NCBI GenBank assembly: GCA_949299015.1
Contig: CASFYT010000006.1
Coordinates: 16,457 to 80,456, forward strand
Direction of reading: 5' to 3'
Origin: an uncultured Bacillota bacterium
Lineage (GTDB): Bacteria; Bacillota_I; Bacilli_A; RFN20; CAG-288
Length of the DNA stretch: 64,000 nucleotides
The stretch's first letter is position 1. Every line of letters starts with the position of its first letter. Both the position numbers and the translations under genes were made by a program. Of the stretch, positions 52,702 to 61,257 are shown piece by piece. The notes beneath the pieces are model-generated. The model ran no database searches and was not told the origin of the DNA. It saw only the letters and a program-made list of their open reading frames with translations.

Positions 52702-53391
52702 ATGGAACAGAAAAAGCGCAATCTCTTCTTGACCTTCTTCGACGGCATCTATCTGAAGAATCCGGTTCTTTCCCTCTTCCTCGGATTGACTCTCGCCATC
52801 CTGGTCACGACGAACGTCCAGGCTTCGCTCTACCTCGGAGCCATCGTCCTCGTCACCATGGTCGTCGTCGAAGTCTTCTGCTCCCTCTTCCGGAAGGTGT
52901 TGGGCAAGATCCTGAGCTATTGCCTGGCGGCCATCCTCTCGGCGGCCATCAGCTGCATCGCGGTCATGGTCCTCTCCGCCTATTATCCGATCGTCGCCAT
53001 CCCTGGCGTCGGCGGCTTCACCAACGTCCTGATCGTCTCCTTCATCCCCTTCGTCAGCACGACTTCCGCCGTCCTTGTCAAGGGACAGCAGGCGACCGAG
53101 CAGGGCTTCGGCCATGCGCTCTTCGACGGCCTGGGATCGGGCATCGGCTTCGTTCTGGCCCTGTGCTTGATCGCCGTCTTCCGTGAACTTCTGGGTACGG
53201 GCGAGCTCGTCTTCACCCTCGACGCCGACCGTCAGCTCTTCGTCCACGCCATGGACTTCACCCTTCCCTTCTTCCTTACGCCTTTCGGCGGATTCCTGAT
53301 GACGGGTCTCGTCTCCGGCTTCCACGCCTCCATCTGCCGTGCCTTCGAAAACCGCAAGAAGCCTGCGGCTGTGAAAGGAGAACAAGCGTAA
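52702..53391 (+). CDS. rnfE: Rnf complex subunit E, lacking both family-conserved cysteines
   Basis: Rnf-Nqr family fold. It reads KNPVLSLFLGLTLAILVTT where the family has LGxCPxLAV, and FIPFVSTTSAVLV where the family has IPLIVTNCIVV. Confidence 0.85.
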   Translation: MEQKKRNLFLTFFDGIYLKNPVLSLFLGLTLAILVTTNVQASLYLGAIVLVTMVVVEVFCSLFRKVLGKILSYCLAAILSAAISCIAVMVLSAYYPIVAIPGVGGFTNVLIVSFIPFVSTTSAVLVKGQQATEQGFGHALFDGLGSGIGFVLALCLIAVFRELLGTGELVFTLDADRQLFVHAMDFTLPFFLTPFGGFLMTGLVSGFHASICRAFENRKKPAAVKGEQA

Positions 53392-53960
53392 TGGAATACT
53401 TGACCACGTTCTTCGTCTCCCTCTTCGCGGGAAATCTCGTCCTGACGGGACGGGGCGCCTCCCTGGTCTCGCAGTATAGCGAAGCGAAGAGATATCGTCC
53501 GCTGCTTCTTCTCTTCTACGTCATCGCCGGCCTGGCGATCGGCGCCTCGGCCTACGGCCTGAACCTGCTGCTCGACCTCCATCCGGTCATGCAGTACGTC
53601 CAGCCCCTCTTCTTCGTCCTGATCCTCGCCGTCCTCGTCGCCGTCTTCTACGCCCTGATCTGCCTGTCGCCGAAGATGAAGGAGAACCTCCGCCCCGAAT
53701 GGCTTGGTATCCTCCTGAACACTTCGCTTTTCGCCGTGGCGATGTCCGTCCTTTCCCTGGTCGGGACGACCAGCGACATCTGGGCCATCGTGGCCAGCGC
53801 CTGCGGACTTCCCTTGGGCTACGTCCTGACCATCGTCGTCTTCGAGCCGATCGTCGAAAGGATTCGCATCAGCAACGCCCTCAAAGGCTTCAAGACCATG
53901 CCCTTGGTCCTGATCACCATGGCGGGCATGTGCCTCTGCTTCGCCTCGCTGACCTTCTAA
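53391..53960 (+). CDS. rnfA: Rnf complex subunit A, lacking both family-conserved cysteines
   Basis: It reads GNLVLTGRGASLVSQYS where the family has NNxVLxxFLGxCPFxGVS, and LGILLNTSLFAVAMSV where the family has LGIFLPLITTNCAVLG. TAATG junction with rnfE. Confidence 0.8.
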   Translation: MEYLTTFFVSLFAGNLVLTGRGASLVSQYSEAKRYRPLLLLFYVIAGLAIGASAYGLNLLLDLHPVMQYVQPLFFVLILAVLVAVFYALICLSPKMKENLRPEWLGILLNTSLFAVAMSVLSLVGTTSDIWAIVASACGLPLGYVLTIVVFEPIVERIRISNALKGFKTMPLVLITMAGMCLCFASLTF

Positions 53961-53966
53961 GAAATC

Positions 53967-54461
53967 GTGGACAGGAAGAAGATACTTCTTCGGGGCCTCT
54001 TTTCCGACGAACTCCGCTATCGCCCCGTCAAGGATTCGATTCTCATCTTCCTGTCTTTTTTGATGGTCTTCGTCATCGTCTTCGTCACCTACCTCCTGCG
54101 TCCCTCCCTGGAGAACGTCCACGTCGAGATCCGCTATGGGGCGACGCTCCTGTGGGATCCGAAGGACCCTTCGAAGGAGACGGCCATCGCGTTCCCGGAG
54201 GAGGGGAAGCGGGAGATCGTCTATCGCCGGGAAGACGGGGAGATCTTCCTCGGGGAAGGGCGGTACTTCCAGTTCTACGGGGAGGAGGTGGCCATCACCC
54301 TCTACAGCGACCGTTCGATCGAAATCACCCGGGAGGAATCGCCGCGCCACGTCTGTTCCTACCTGGGCCGCGTCTACGATCCCTACGTTCCCCTGGTCTG
54401 CCTTCCCAACAGCTTTCAGGCGACCATCGTGTCGAGCTTCTTCCCGGAGTGGGACGCATGA
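53967..54461 (+). CDS. NusG domain II-containing membrane-anchored protein
   Basis: GTG start 6 nt after rnfA. N-terminal TM segment. HVCSYLGRVYDPYVPLVCLPN resembles the NusG_II C...G.I....ClPn motif. Confidence 0.75.
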   Translation: MDRKKILLRGLFSDELRYRPVKDSILIFLSFLMVFVIVFVTYLLRPSLENVHVEIRYGATLLWDPKDPSKETAIAFPEEGKREIVYRREDGEIFLGEGRYFQFYGEEVAITLYSDRSIEITREESPRHVCSYLGRVYDPYVPLVCLPNSFQATIVSSFFPEWDA

Positions 54462-54979
54462 AGACGAGAAGGCTGGTCGCGCTCGCCCTCTTCGTGGCGC
54501 TGTCGGTGGCCCTCCACTACGTCGAGGGCTTCGTCCCCATGCCGGCCATTCCCGGCTACCATCTGGGGTTGAGCAACCTGGTCAACCTCTTTACGTTCTA
54601 CTACTACGGAATCCCTTCCTACCTCTTCGTCGTCCTGGCCCGGGTCTTCCTCTCGGCCCTGATCTTCAGCGGTTTCGGCCCCTCCTTCTTCCTCTCCCTG
54701 GGCGGCGCCCTCCTCTCCATCGTCGCCACGATCGTCGTCTCCCGCCTGGTGAAGGGATCCATCTACTCCACGTCCGCCTTCTCGGCGCTCTTCCATTCGA
54801 TCGGTCAGCTCGTCGCCTACGCCCTCTTCTTCCAGACGCCCTACATCTTCGTCTACCTCCTCTTCCTGGGTCCCGTCTCGATCGCGACGGGCCTGGTCAT
54901 CGCCTTTCTGGACCATTTCCTGGTCCGTCGCCTTCCCAAATCCTTCCGGGACGAGGAGAAGAAGAGGAGGAAGGCCTGA
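54458..54979 (+). CDS. Gx transporter family protein (formerly 'heptaprenyl diphosphate synthase component I')
   Basis: ATGA overlap with the upstream gene. Length 173 aa with 5 TM segments. Starts MKTRRLVALALFVALSVALHYVEGFVPMP. Confidence 0.75.
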   Translation: MKTRRLVALALFVALSVALHYVEGFVPMPAIPGYHLGLSNLVNLFTFYYYGIPSYLFVVLARVFLSALIFSGFGPSFFLSLGGALLSIVATIVVSRLVKGSIYSTSAFSALFHSIGQLVAYALFFQTPYIFVYLLFLGPVSIATGLVIAFLDHFLVRRLPKSFRDEEKKRRKA

Positions 54980-55039
54980 TTTTTTGTGCCGGCGTCTGCC
55001 GTTGTGTGCTATCATAATTCGATTTTGGGAGGTATGAGA

Positions 55040-55315
55040 ATGAAAACCTATCGCTATTCGCCGCAGGGCACCTGCTCCGTGCGGATGGAATTCACCCTGG
55101 ACGAGGACCATGTCCTCCAGGACTTCGCTGTGGAAAGAGGATGCAACGGCAACCTCAAGGGAATCCGCGCCCTGATCGTGGGCATGAAGGCCGAGGACGT
55201 CATCGCGAAGCTCGACGGCATCCGCTGCGGGATGAAGACGACGTCCTGTCCGGACCAGATCGCCAAGGGTCTCGTCCTTGCCCTGAACGGGGAGCTTGCG
55301 GAGGTGGGACGATGA
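55040..55315 (+). CDS. TSCPD-domain small protein (TIGR03905-like)
   Basis: YSPQGTCS...GCNGNLKG...MKTTSCPDQIAKGL is the four-Cys pattern. GGGAGG RBS. Confidence 0.8.
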   Translation: MKTYRYSPQGTCSVRMEFTLDEDHVLQDFAVERGCNGNLKGIRALIVGMKAEDVIAKLDGIRCGMKTTSCPDQIAKGLVLALNGELAEVGR

Positions 55316-56484
55316 GCTACCGCCATCTCTTCACCTCGGAATCGGTCTCGGAGGGCCATCCCGACAAGATCTGCGACCGCATCGCCGACACCATTCTCGA
55401 CGAATGCCTGCGCCAGGACCCCGAATCGCGGACCGCGATCGAAGTCATGGCGATCCGCGATCGGATCGTCATCTCGGGAGAAGTGACGACAAAGGCAACC
55501 ATCGATTATGAAAAGATTGCACGAGATACCGTTCGTGAAATTGGATATACGGATTTTGCAAGCGGTATCGATCCGGATAAGATGGCGGTCGAGTGCTACG
55601 TCGGGCGCCAGAGTCCGGACATCGCCCGGGGCGTCGAGAATTCCTTCGACCTCAAGAAGACCGGCGCCGGCGATCAGGGCATCATGTTCGGCTATGCCAC
55701 CGACGAGACGGAAAACCTGATGCCTCTTCCCCTGGTCATGGCGCACAAGATCGTCCGCTATGCCACGCAGCTGCGGAAGAGCGGAGCCCTTCCCTTCGCC
55801 CGCCCGGACATGAAGAGCCAGGTGACCATCGACTATTCGGGAGAGAAGCCGCGGCTCAACGCCGTCGTCTTCTCGATGCAGCACGACGAGAGCATCGACA
55901 TCGAATCGCTGCGGAAGATCGCCGTCGAGAAGGTCCTCTTCCCGGTCATCGATTCCTTCGGCATCGATCGCCAGGGCGTCGAGGAGTACTACGTGAACCC
56001 GACGGGCCGCTTCGAGATCGGGGGACCTCGCGGCGACACGGGGGTGACGGGGCGGAAGATCATCGTCGACACCTATGGCGGCAGCGCTCCCCATGGCGGC
56101 GGTGCCTTCTCGGGCAAGGATCCGACCAAGGTCGACCGTTCGGCCGCCTATGCCGCCAGGCACGCGGCCAAGAACATCGTCGCCGCCCATCTCGCCAAGC
56201 GGGCCTTGATTCAGCTCTCGTACGCCATCGGCGTCAGCGAGCCGGTCTCGATCTACCTCGATACCTTCGGGACGGAGACGGTCGACAAGGAGAAGATCCT
56301 CGCCGCCCTCTGCGACGAGAGCATCTTCGACTTCACTCCCGACGGCATCATCCACCGCTTCCAGCTGACCCATCCTTCGTTCCGCTATCGGGACCTTTCG
56401 GCCTATGGTCACTTCGGAAGGCCGGATCTCGACCTTCCGTACGAAAAGCTGGACAAGGTCCAAGTCCTCGAAAGGCTGCGATGA
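55312..56484 (+). CDS. metK: S-adenosylmethionine synthase
   Basis: Motifs GHPDKICDRIAD, GAGDQGIMFGYA and GGGAFSGKDPTKVDRS. ATGA overlap with the TSCPD gene. Confidence 0.98.
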   Translation: MSYRHLFTSESVSEGHPDKICDRIADTILDECLRQDPESRTAIEVMAIRDRIVISGEVTTKATIDYEKIARDTVREIGYTDFASGIDPDKMAVECYVGRQSPDIARGVENSFDLKKTGAGDQGIMFGYATDETENLMPLPLVMAHKIVRYATQLRKSGALPFARPDMKSQVTIDYSGEKPRLNAVVFSMQHDESIDIESLRKIAVEKVLFPVIDSFGIDRQGVEEYYVNPTGRFEIGGPRGDTGVTGRKIIVDTYGGSAPHGGGAFSGKDPTKVDRSAAYAARHAAKNIVAAHLAKRALIQLSYAIGVSEPVSIYLDTFGTETVDKEKILAALCDESIFDFTPDGIIHRFQLTHPSFRYRDLSAYGHFGRPDLDLPYEKLDKVQVLERLR

Positions 56485-57986
56485 AAGGGAAGAATCCCCA
56501 GGAACGGACGCCGTTTCTGGATGCGATGCTCGACTACTACCGTTCCCGTCCGATCCCCTTCGACGTCCCCGGCCACAAGATGGGACGTCTGGTGACCGAC
56601 CTTTCGCGACGGCTGACTCCCTTGATCCTGGAGACGGATGCCAATGCCCCGATCGGCATGGACCACCTGATGAACCCCCACGGCGTCATCAAGGAGAGCG
56701 AGCAGCTGATGGCCAAGCTCTGCCATGCGGACCACGCCCTCTTCTCCATCAACGGGACGACGGGCGGAATCCTTTCCATGTTCCTGGGAATCCTGGACAA
56801 CCGTGACAAGGTCATCCTGCCCCGCAACTGCCACAAGTCGGTGATCAGCGCGCTCATCATTTCGGGCGCGGTTCCGCTGTTCGTCGCACCGGACATCGAC
56901 GACGAGCTTTCCATCGCCAACGGCGTCCGCGTCGAGGACTATGTCCGCATGATGGACGAGCATCCCGAGGCGAAGGCGGTCTTCGTCATCAACCCGACCT
57001 ACTTCGGCATCGTCTCCGATCTCCGGAGGATCGTCGAGGAGGCGCACCGTCGGAACATGATCGTCATGGTCGACGAAGCGCACGGGTCCAATTTCTATTT
57101 TTCGAAGAAGCTTCCCTTGTCGGCAATGGACTGCGGAGCGGATGTTTCCTCCGTCTCCTTCCACAAGAATTCCGGCAGTCTCACGCAGTCTTCGATTCTC
57201 CTCGTCCGCGGGGAGCGCATCAACTTTGCGGAACTCAGGCGGGCCTATTCGATGCTGACTTCCACCTCTCCCAACCCTCTTCTCATCGCCAGCCTGGATG
57301 CGGCGCGGAAGGAGATGGCCCTGCGCGGAGAGGAACTGATCGAGAAGGACCTCGCCCTGGCCGAGCGGGCGCGGAAGGGAATCAACGCCATTCCGGGACT
57401 CTTCTGCCCCGGAAGGGAGGCGCTGGAGAAGAAGGACAGCGACGCCCTCTACGACTTCGACCCGACCAAGCTCATCATCTCCGTCCGGGGATTGGGCCTG
57501 TATGGCTACGACGTGTACAAGGAGCTGCGGAAGCAAAGCAACATCCAGCTGGAGCTGGGCGAGTTCTACGTCGTCCTGGCCCTCATCGGGCCGGGGACGA
57601 CCGAGGAGGACGTGGAGGCACTGCTGGGCGCCCTCCGGGAACTCTCGGCCCGCCACGCCTCCGACCGGGTCGTCCACCATCGCCGGAAGGCCGTCGCCTC
57701 CTTCCCCAAGGCCATCGTCCCTCCGCGGGAAGGATATGACGCCCCCAGCCGGATCGTCCCCCTCAAGGATGCGGTGGGCGCCATTTCGGCGGAGACGGTG
57801 ATGGCCTATCCGCCCGGGATCCCCCTCTTGATTCCGGGCGAGCTCGTCACCCTCGACGTCGTGCGCCAGATCGCCTTCCTCGAGCGCGAACAGGGACAGG
57901 TCCTCAAGGACAGCGACGGCCGTTCCCTCAAGGTCATCGACGTCAAGAACTGGTATCTCGAGAACGAATTGTCCCCCTTCTTCTAA
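56481..57986 (+). CDS. Orn/Lys/Arg decarboxylase-family PLP enzyme (SpeA/YaaO-like)
   Basis: PFDVPGHKMG and SFHKNSGSLTQSS (PLP lysine). ATGA overlap with metK. Confidence 0.88.
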   Translation: MKGKNPQERTPFLDAMLDYYRSRPIPFDVPGHKMGRLVTDLSRRLTPLILETDANAPIGMDHLMNPHGVIKESEQLMAKLCHADHALFSINGTTGGILSMFLGILDNRDKVILPRNCHKSVISALIISGAVPLFVAPDIDDELSIANGVRVEDYVRMMDEHPEAKAVFVINPTYFGIVSDLRRIVEEAHRRNMIVMVDEAHGSNFYFSKKLPLSAMDCGADVSSVSFHKNSGSLTQSSILLVRGERINFAELRRAYSMLTSTSPNPLLIASLDAARKEMALRGEELIEKDLALAERARKGINAIPGLFCPGREALEKKDSDALYDFDPTKLIISVRGLGLYGYDVYKELRKQSNIQLELGEFYVVLALIGPGTTEEDVEALLGALRELSARHASDRVVHHRRKAVASFPKAIVPPREGYDAPSRIVPLKDAVGAISAETVMAYPPGIPLLIPGELVTLDVVRQIAFLEREQGQVLKDSDGRSLKVIDVKNWYLENELSPFF

Positions 57987-58160
57987 AGCGCTTACAGGTC
58001 GTGTGGGGACGAATCCCGTTTTTCAAGACCGACGTGTGTTTTTCGTTCATATATCGCCTTCACTCCATCGAATCAAAGTGCGGATTTGTGGTGAAAGCCC
58101 TTTCGTTTTCTGCCTTTCTGACCTATACTATAGGTGAAGAAAAAGAAAGGAACCACTAAC

Positions 58161-58700
58161 ATGAAGATTCAGTACGTGTGCAAGGATGTCCCTCTTTCTC
58201 CGGCGATGCAGGAAGCCTTGGAGGGAAAGCTTGGTCGGTTCGATCGTTACTTCCGTGCGACAGACGAGGTGGATTGCACCGTCACGCTTCTGATCCATCA
58301 GGACCGGAAGACGTTGGAAGTGGCGATTTCTTCGACGAACGGCTTCAACCTCCGCGCCAAGACGACGGACCTCGACTTCTATGCCGCCCTCGACCTCGTC
58401 ATCGAGAAGCTCGACGGCCAGATGAGGAAGCTCAAGACCCAGCTGGAGCGCAGCCACAAGAAGGGCTCCTTCGTCGACAACCTGCTCCTGGAGAGCATCC
58501 CCGTCGACGAGACGCTGGACCTTCAGATCGTCCGCAAGAAGAGGCTCTCCCTCGCGCCGATGGACGTCGACGAGGCCTTGGCGAGGATGGATGCCCTGGG
58601 CCATTCCTTCTTCATCTACCTCGATTCCTCGACGGGCAACGTCAACGTCCTCTACGAGCGGGAAGACCACGGCTACGGACTGATCGAAATCGAGAAGTAG
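58161..58700 (+). CDS. hpf: ribosome hibernation promoting factor (long HPF)
   Basis: S30AE N-domain (MKIQYVCKDVPLSPAMQEALEGKL) plus a C-terminal dimerisation domain (MDVDEALARMDALGHSFFIY). Confidence 0.93.
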   Translation: MKIQYVCKDVPLSPAMQEALEGKLGRFDRYFRATDEVDCTVTLLIHQDRKTLEVAISSTNGFNLRAKTTDLDFYAALDLVIEKLDGQMRKLKTQLERSHKKGSFVDNLLLESIPVDETLDLQIVRKKRLSLAPMDVDEALARMDALGHSFFIYLDSSTGNVNVLYEREDHGYGLIEIEK

Positions 58701-58719
58701 GTCCGACGAAGTTCCTTCC

Positions 58720-58740
58720 GGGGGCGAAAGCCCCCTTTTT
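58720..58740 (+). terminator. rho-independent terminator of hpf
   Basis: GGGGGC-GAAA-GCCCCC followed by T5. Confidence 0.9.
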
Positions 58741-58794
58741 CCTTGACGCGTCGGCCCTTCCCTCTCCCTTCTCATCCGTTATAATATCCTTGTC

Positions 58795-60312
58795 ATGAAA
58801 AAAACGTCCTTTCTTTCCCTGAGCGTCTTTCTATCGCTCTTTTCCTGCACCGTGGAAACCACGCCGCAGGAACAAATCGACACGCTCTACTCGGATGCGA
58901 TTCTCTCCTCGAGGGGAAGGGTCCGCGTCGTTCCTCCGCCTGGGGATCCCGGGATGGTCACGCCCTTCCATACGGTCGTCTCCGGCGCCGTCTACTCCTA
59001 TGCGGGGACCTATTCGGATGCGGAGATCGAAGAGCTCGAGGAGGATTTCCAGTTCTTGGTCAGCTACTATTCGGCCCTCTGTGACCGTCACTACGACTAT
59101 ACGGTCGACGGCGCCCCCCTGACGAACCTCAAGGTGCTCAACGAGGCCGAGCGCGGGACGCCGGTCCACGTCGATTCCTTCCTCTACGACCTGCTTTCGG
59201 AGAGCTTCCGCTTTTCCCTGGAGTCGAGGGACGAGGAGGGAAGGCTGCGCTTCGATATCTTCACCGGGGCGGTCAACGACCTCTACGAGGACAAGCTCGA
59301 CGACCTCGAGCCATCGGCTCTCGAACAGGCCCTCTCGCTGGCCAACGGCGGAAGGACCTTCTCCTCCGACATCGATCCCTTCGCCTTGGAAGAGGCCCTC
59401 TGGAGGACCCCTTCGACCTACGACGAATGCAAGGACCTCCTGACCTTCGATCCCGAGGAGCAGACGGTGACCTTTCATCCCTTCGAACGGGACGGCGTCG
59501 AGGTCGATGGCGTCGAGATCTCCCTCAGCGGCGTCGGCAAGGGCTTCGCGACGCAGAGGATCACCGAGGCCTTTCAGGAAAGACATGAGGACATCTCCCT
59601 CCTGATCAGTTCGGGGACGAGTTCGATCAAGGCGGTCGGGGATCGCCCCGACGGAAGGGAATGGGCCATCCGCCTCTCCAACCCGGTCTCCCTGGAGGCT
59701 CCCTTGGAAGAACGCAATCCCTATGAGGTCGGATATCGCAAGGGCGGACCCTTCTCCCTCTCGACCTCCGGATTCGCCGAGAACCACTTCTACGTCTACG
59801 AACCGGGAGCGGACGCCTATCGGCGCCGGGATCACATCGTCGACCCGACGTCCGGACTTTCCGTCTCCTATTTCGACCAGGTGTCGGTCCTGCTGGAAGA
59901 CGCGGGCCTGGCGGACATGTATACGACGGCCCTGATGCTGACTCAATCCGTGGAGGAGGCGATGGAGCTGAAGAACCACCTGGACGAGGCCTTCGGGGTG
60001 ACAAGCGAGGCCCTGCTCCTCCGCAAGAGCGACAAGGAGGGAGGGGGCGTCTATCGCCTGAGGCATTCGGACCTGTCCCCGCTTTCCTCCGGGCTGCTGC
60101 CCATCGTGGAGCGCACCGACGGGACGACCTACGAGGGCGACTATTCGGATCTTTCCCCTTCCGAGATCGCCCGGAGCGTCACGACCTCCGAAAGGGACTA
60201 CGCCGTGACCTATTTCGCCACGGAGGGCTTTTTCGAGGACTTGGAGATCATTCGGGACGGCACGGTCCCCTATCCGGACGACGTCCTTGCGCGAATCGAG
60301 GAGATCGCATGA
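58795..60312 (+). CDS. apbE: ApbE-family FAD:protein FMN transferase lipoprotein (extended, 505 aa)
   Basis: MKKTSFLSLSVFLSLFSC (lipobox). Motifs SLSGVGKGFATQRI, LSTSGFAENHF, DHIVDPTSG and ADMYTTAL. It has a ~90-aa C-terminal extension. A TATAAT box ends 9 nt before the ATG and there is no SD. Confidence 0.85.
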   Translation: MKKTSFLSLSVFLSLFSCTVETTPQEQIDTLYSDAILSSRGRVRVVPPPGDPGMVTPFHTVVSGAVYSYAGTYSDAEIEELEEDFQFLVSYYSALCDRHYDYTVDGAPLTNLKVLNEAERGTPVHVDSFLYDLLSESFRFSLESRDEEGRLRFDIFTGAVNDLYEDKLDDLEPSALEQALSLANGGRTFSSDIDPFALEEALWRTPSTYDECKDLLTFDPEEQTVTFHPFERDGVEVDGVEISLSGVGKGFATQRITEAFQERHEDISLLISSGTSSIKAVGDRPDGREWAIRLSNPVSLEAPLEERNPYEVGYRKGGPFSLSTSGFAENHFYVYEPGADAYRRRDHIVDPTSGLSVSYFDQVSVLLEDAGLADMYTTALMLTQSVEEAMELKNHLDEAFGVTSEALLLRKSDKEGGGVYRLRHSDLSPLSSGLLPIVERTDGTTYEGDYSDLSPSEIARSVTTSERDYAVTYFATEGFFEDLEIIRDGTVPYPDDVLARIEEIA

Positions 60313-61181
60313 TTCGGCTCCTCGCCACGGACCTCGACGGAACCCTCTTCTATCCCAAGGACCGCTTCCATGCCGTCGGCCGGAAGAATCGGGAATTCCT
60401 CCGTTTTCTTCGGGAAAGGGGAATCGACATCCTCTACGTCTCGGGAAGGAATCCGAAGATCCTGCCGGTGCTGGAACGCATCGACCGCCGTTCCTACCCT
60501 CTCCTGGGGTGCAACGGAGCCTATCTCTATCAGGACGGGCAGGTGTTCGACCGCCAGCCGATGGATCGGAAGGGACTGGAGAGGCTCGTCCTCGCCCTGG
60601 AGAAGAGGAAGGACATCTACGCCTTCTTCTTCTTCGATACGACGACCGTCATGCATCTCTTCTTCCGCAATCTTTCCAAGCTTGCCTCCCTCTCCCTCCT
60701 GCTTTCCAACCAATTCAACATGGCGTATCGGGAAAGCGTAATCCATGGGTACGAAAAGACGCTGGACCAGATTCGAAATCATGATATCGACAAGATGATG
60801 CTTGTCTTTGGGCTTGGGGAAGAAGGACGCAAGAAGTCGCTCGCTGCATTGAAAGACATCTCGGATATTGCCGGTGAGGATTTCAATGCCGTCGTCTCCG
60901 GGACTTCCATCGAGGTCATGAAGAAGGGCGTCAGCAAGGGGGCGGGATTGGAGCGATACTGCCGGGAGAGAGGCCTCCGGAAGGAGGAGTGCCTGGTCGT
61001 CGGAGACAGCGGAAACGACATCTCGATGCTGGAAGCCTTCCCCCATTCCTTCGCGATGAGCCACGCCCGTCCGATGGTCCGTTCCTCGGCCCGCTACGTC
61101 ATCGATTCGGTCTCGGACCTGCGCTCCTGGATCGACGAAGGAAACGAACTCGTGGTTCCCGCGAAGGGCGGTACGGAATAG
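60309..61181 (+). CDS. Cof-type HAD-IIB phosphatase
   Basis: LLATDLDGTL and VVGDSGNDISML. ATGA overlap with apbE. Confidence 0.9.
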   Translation: MIRLLATDLDGTLFYPKDRFHAVGRKNREFLRFLRERGIDILYVSGRNPKILPVLERIDRRSYPLLGCNGAYLYQDGQVFDRQPMDRKGLERLVLALEKRKDIYAFFFFDTTTVMHLFFRNLSKLASLSLLLSNQFNMAYRESVIHGYEKTLDQIRNHDIDKMMLVFGLGEEGRKKSLAALKDISDIAGEDFNAVVSGTSIEVMKKGVSKGAGLERYCRERGLRKEECLVVGDSGNDISMLEAFPHSFAMSHARPMVRSSARYVIDSVSDLRSWIDEGNELVVPAKGGTE

Positions 61182-61257
61182 GCTTTGCACTTTCTTCCTG
61201 TTCTACTTATAATATTCAATTGTCGTGTGTGCTGATTTCAATCGAGGTAACGAAGAC

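Noticed and set aside
54980-55311. A SAM-I (S-box) riboswitch ahead of metK, and a T-box ahead of cysK (31784-31877).
   Set aside because: The spacers are only ~60 and ~95 nt, and are occupied by a terminator, a -10 box and an SD. There is no room for these leaders and no recognisable conserved boxes.
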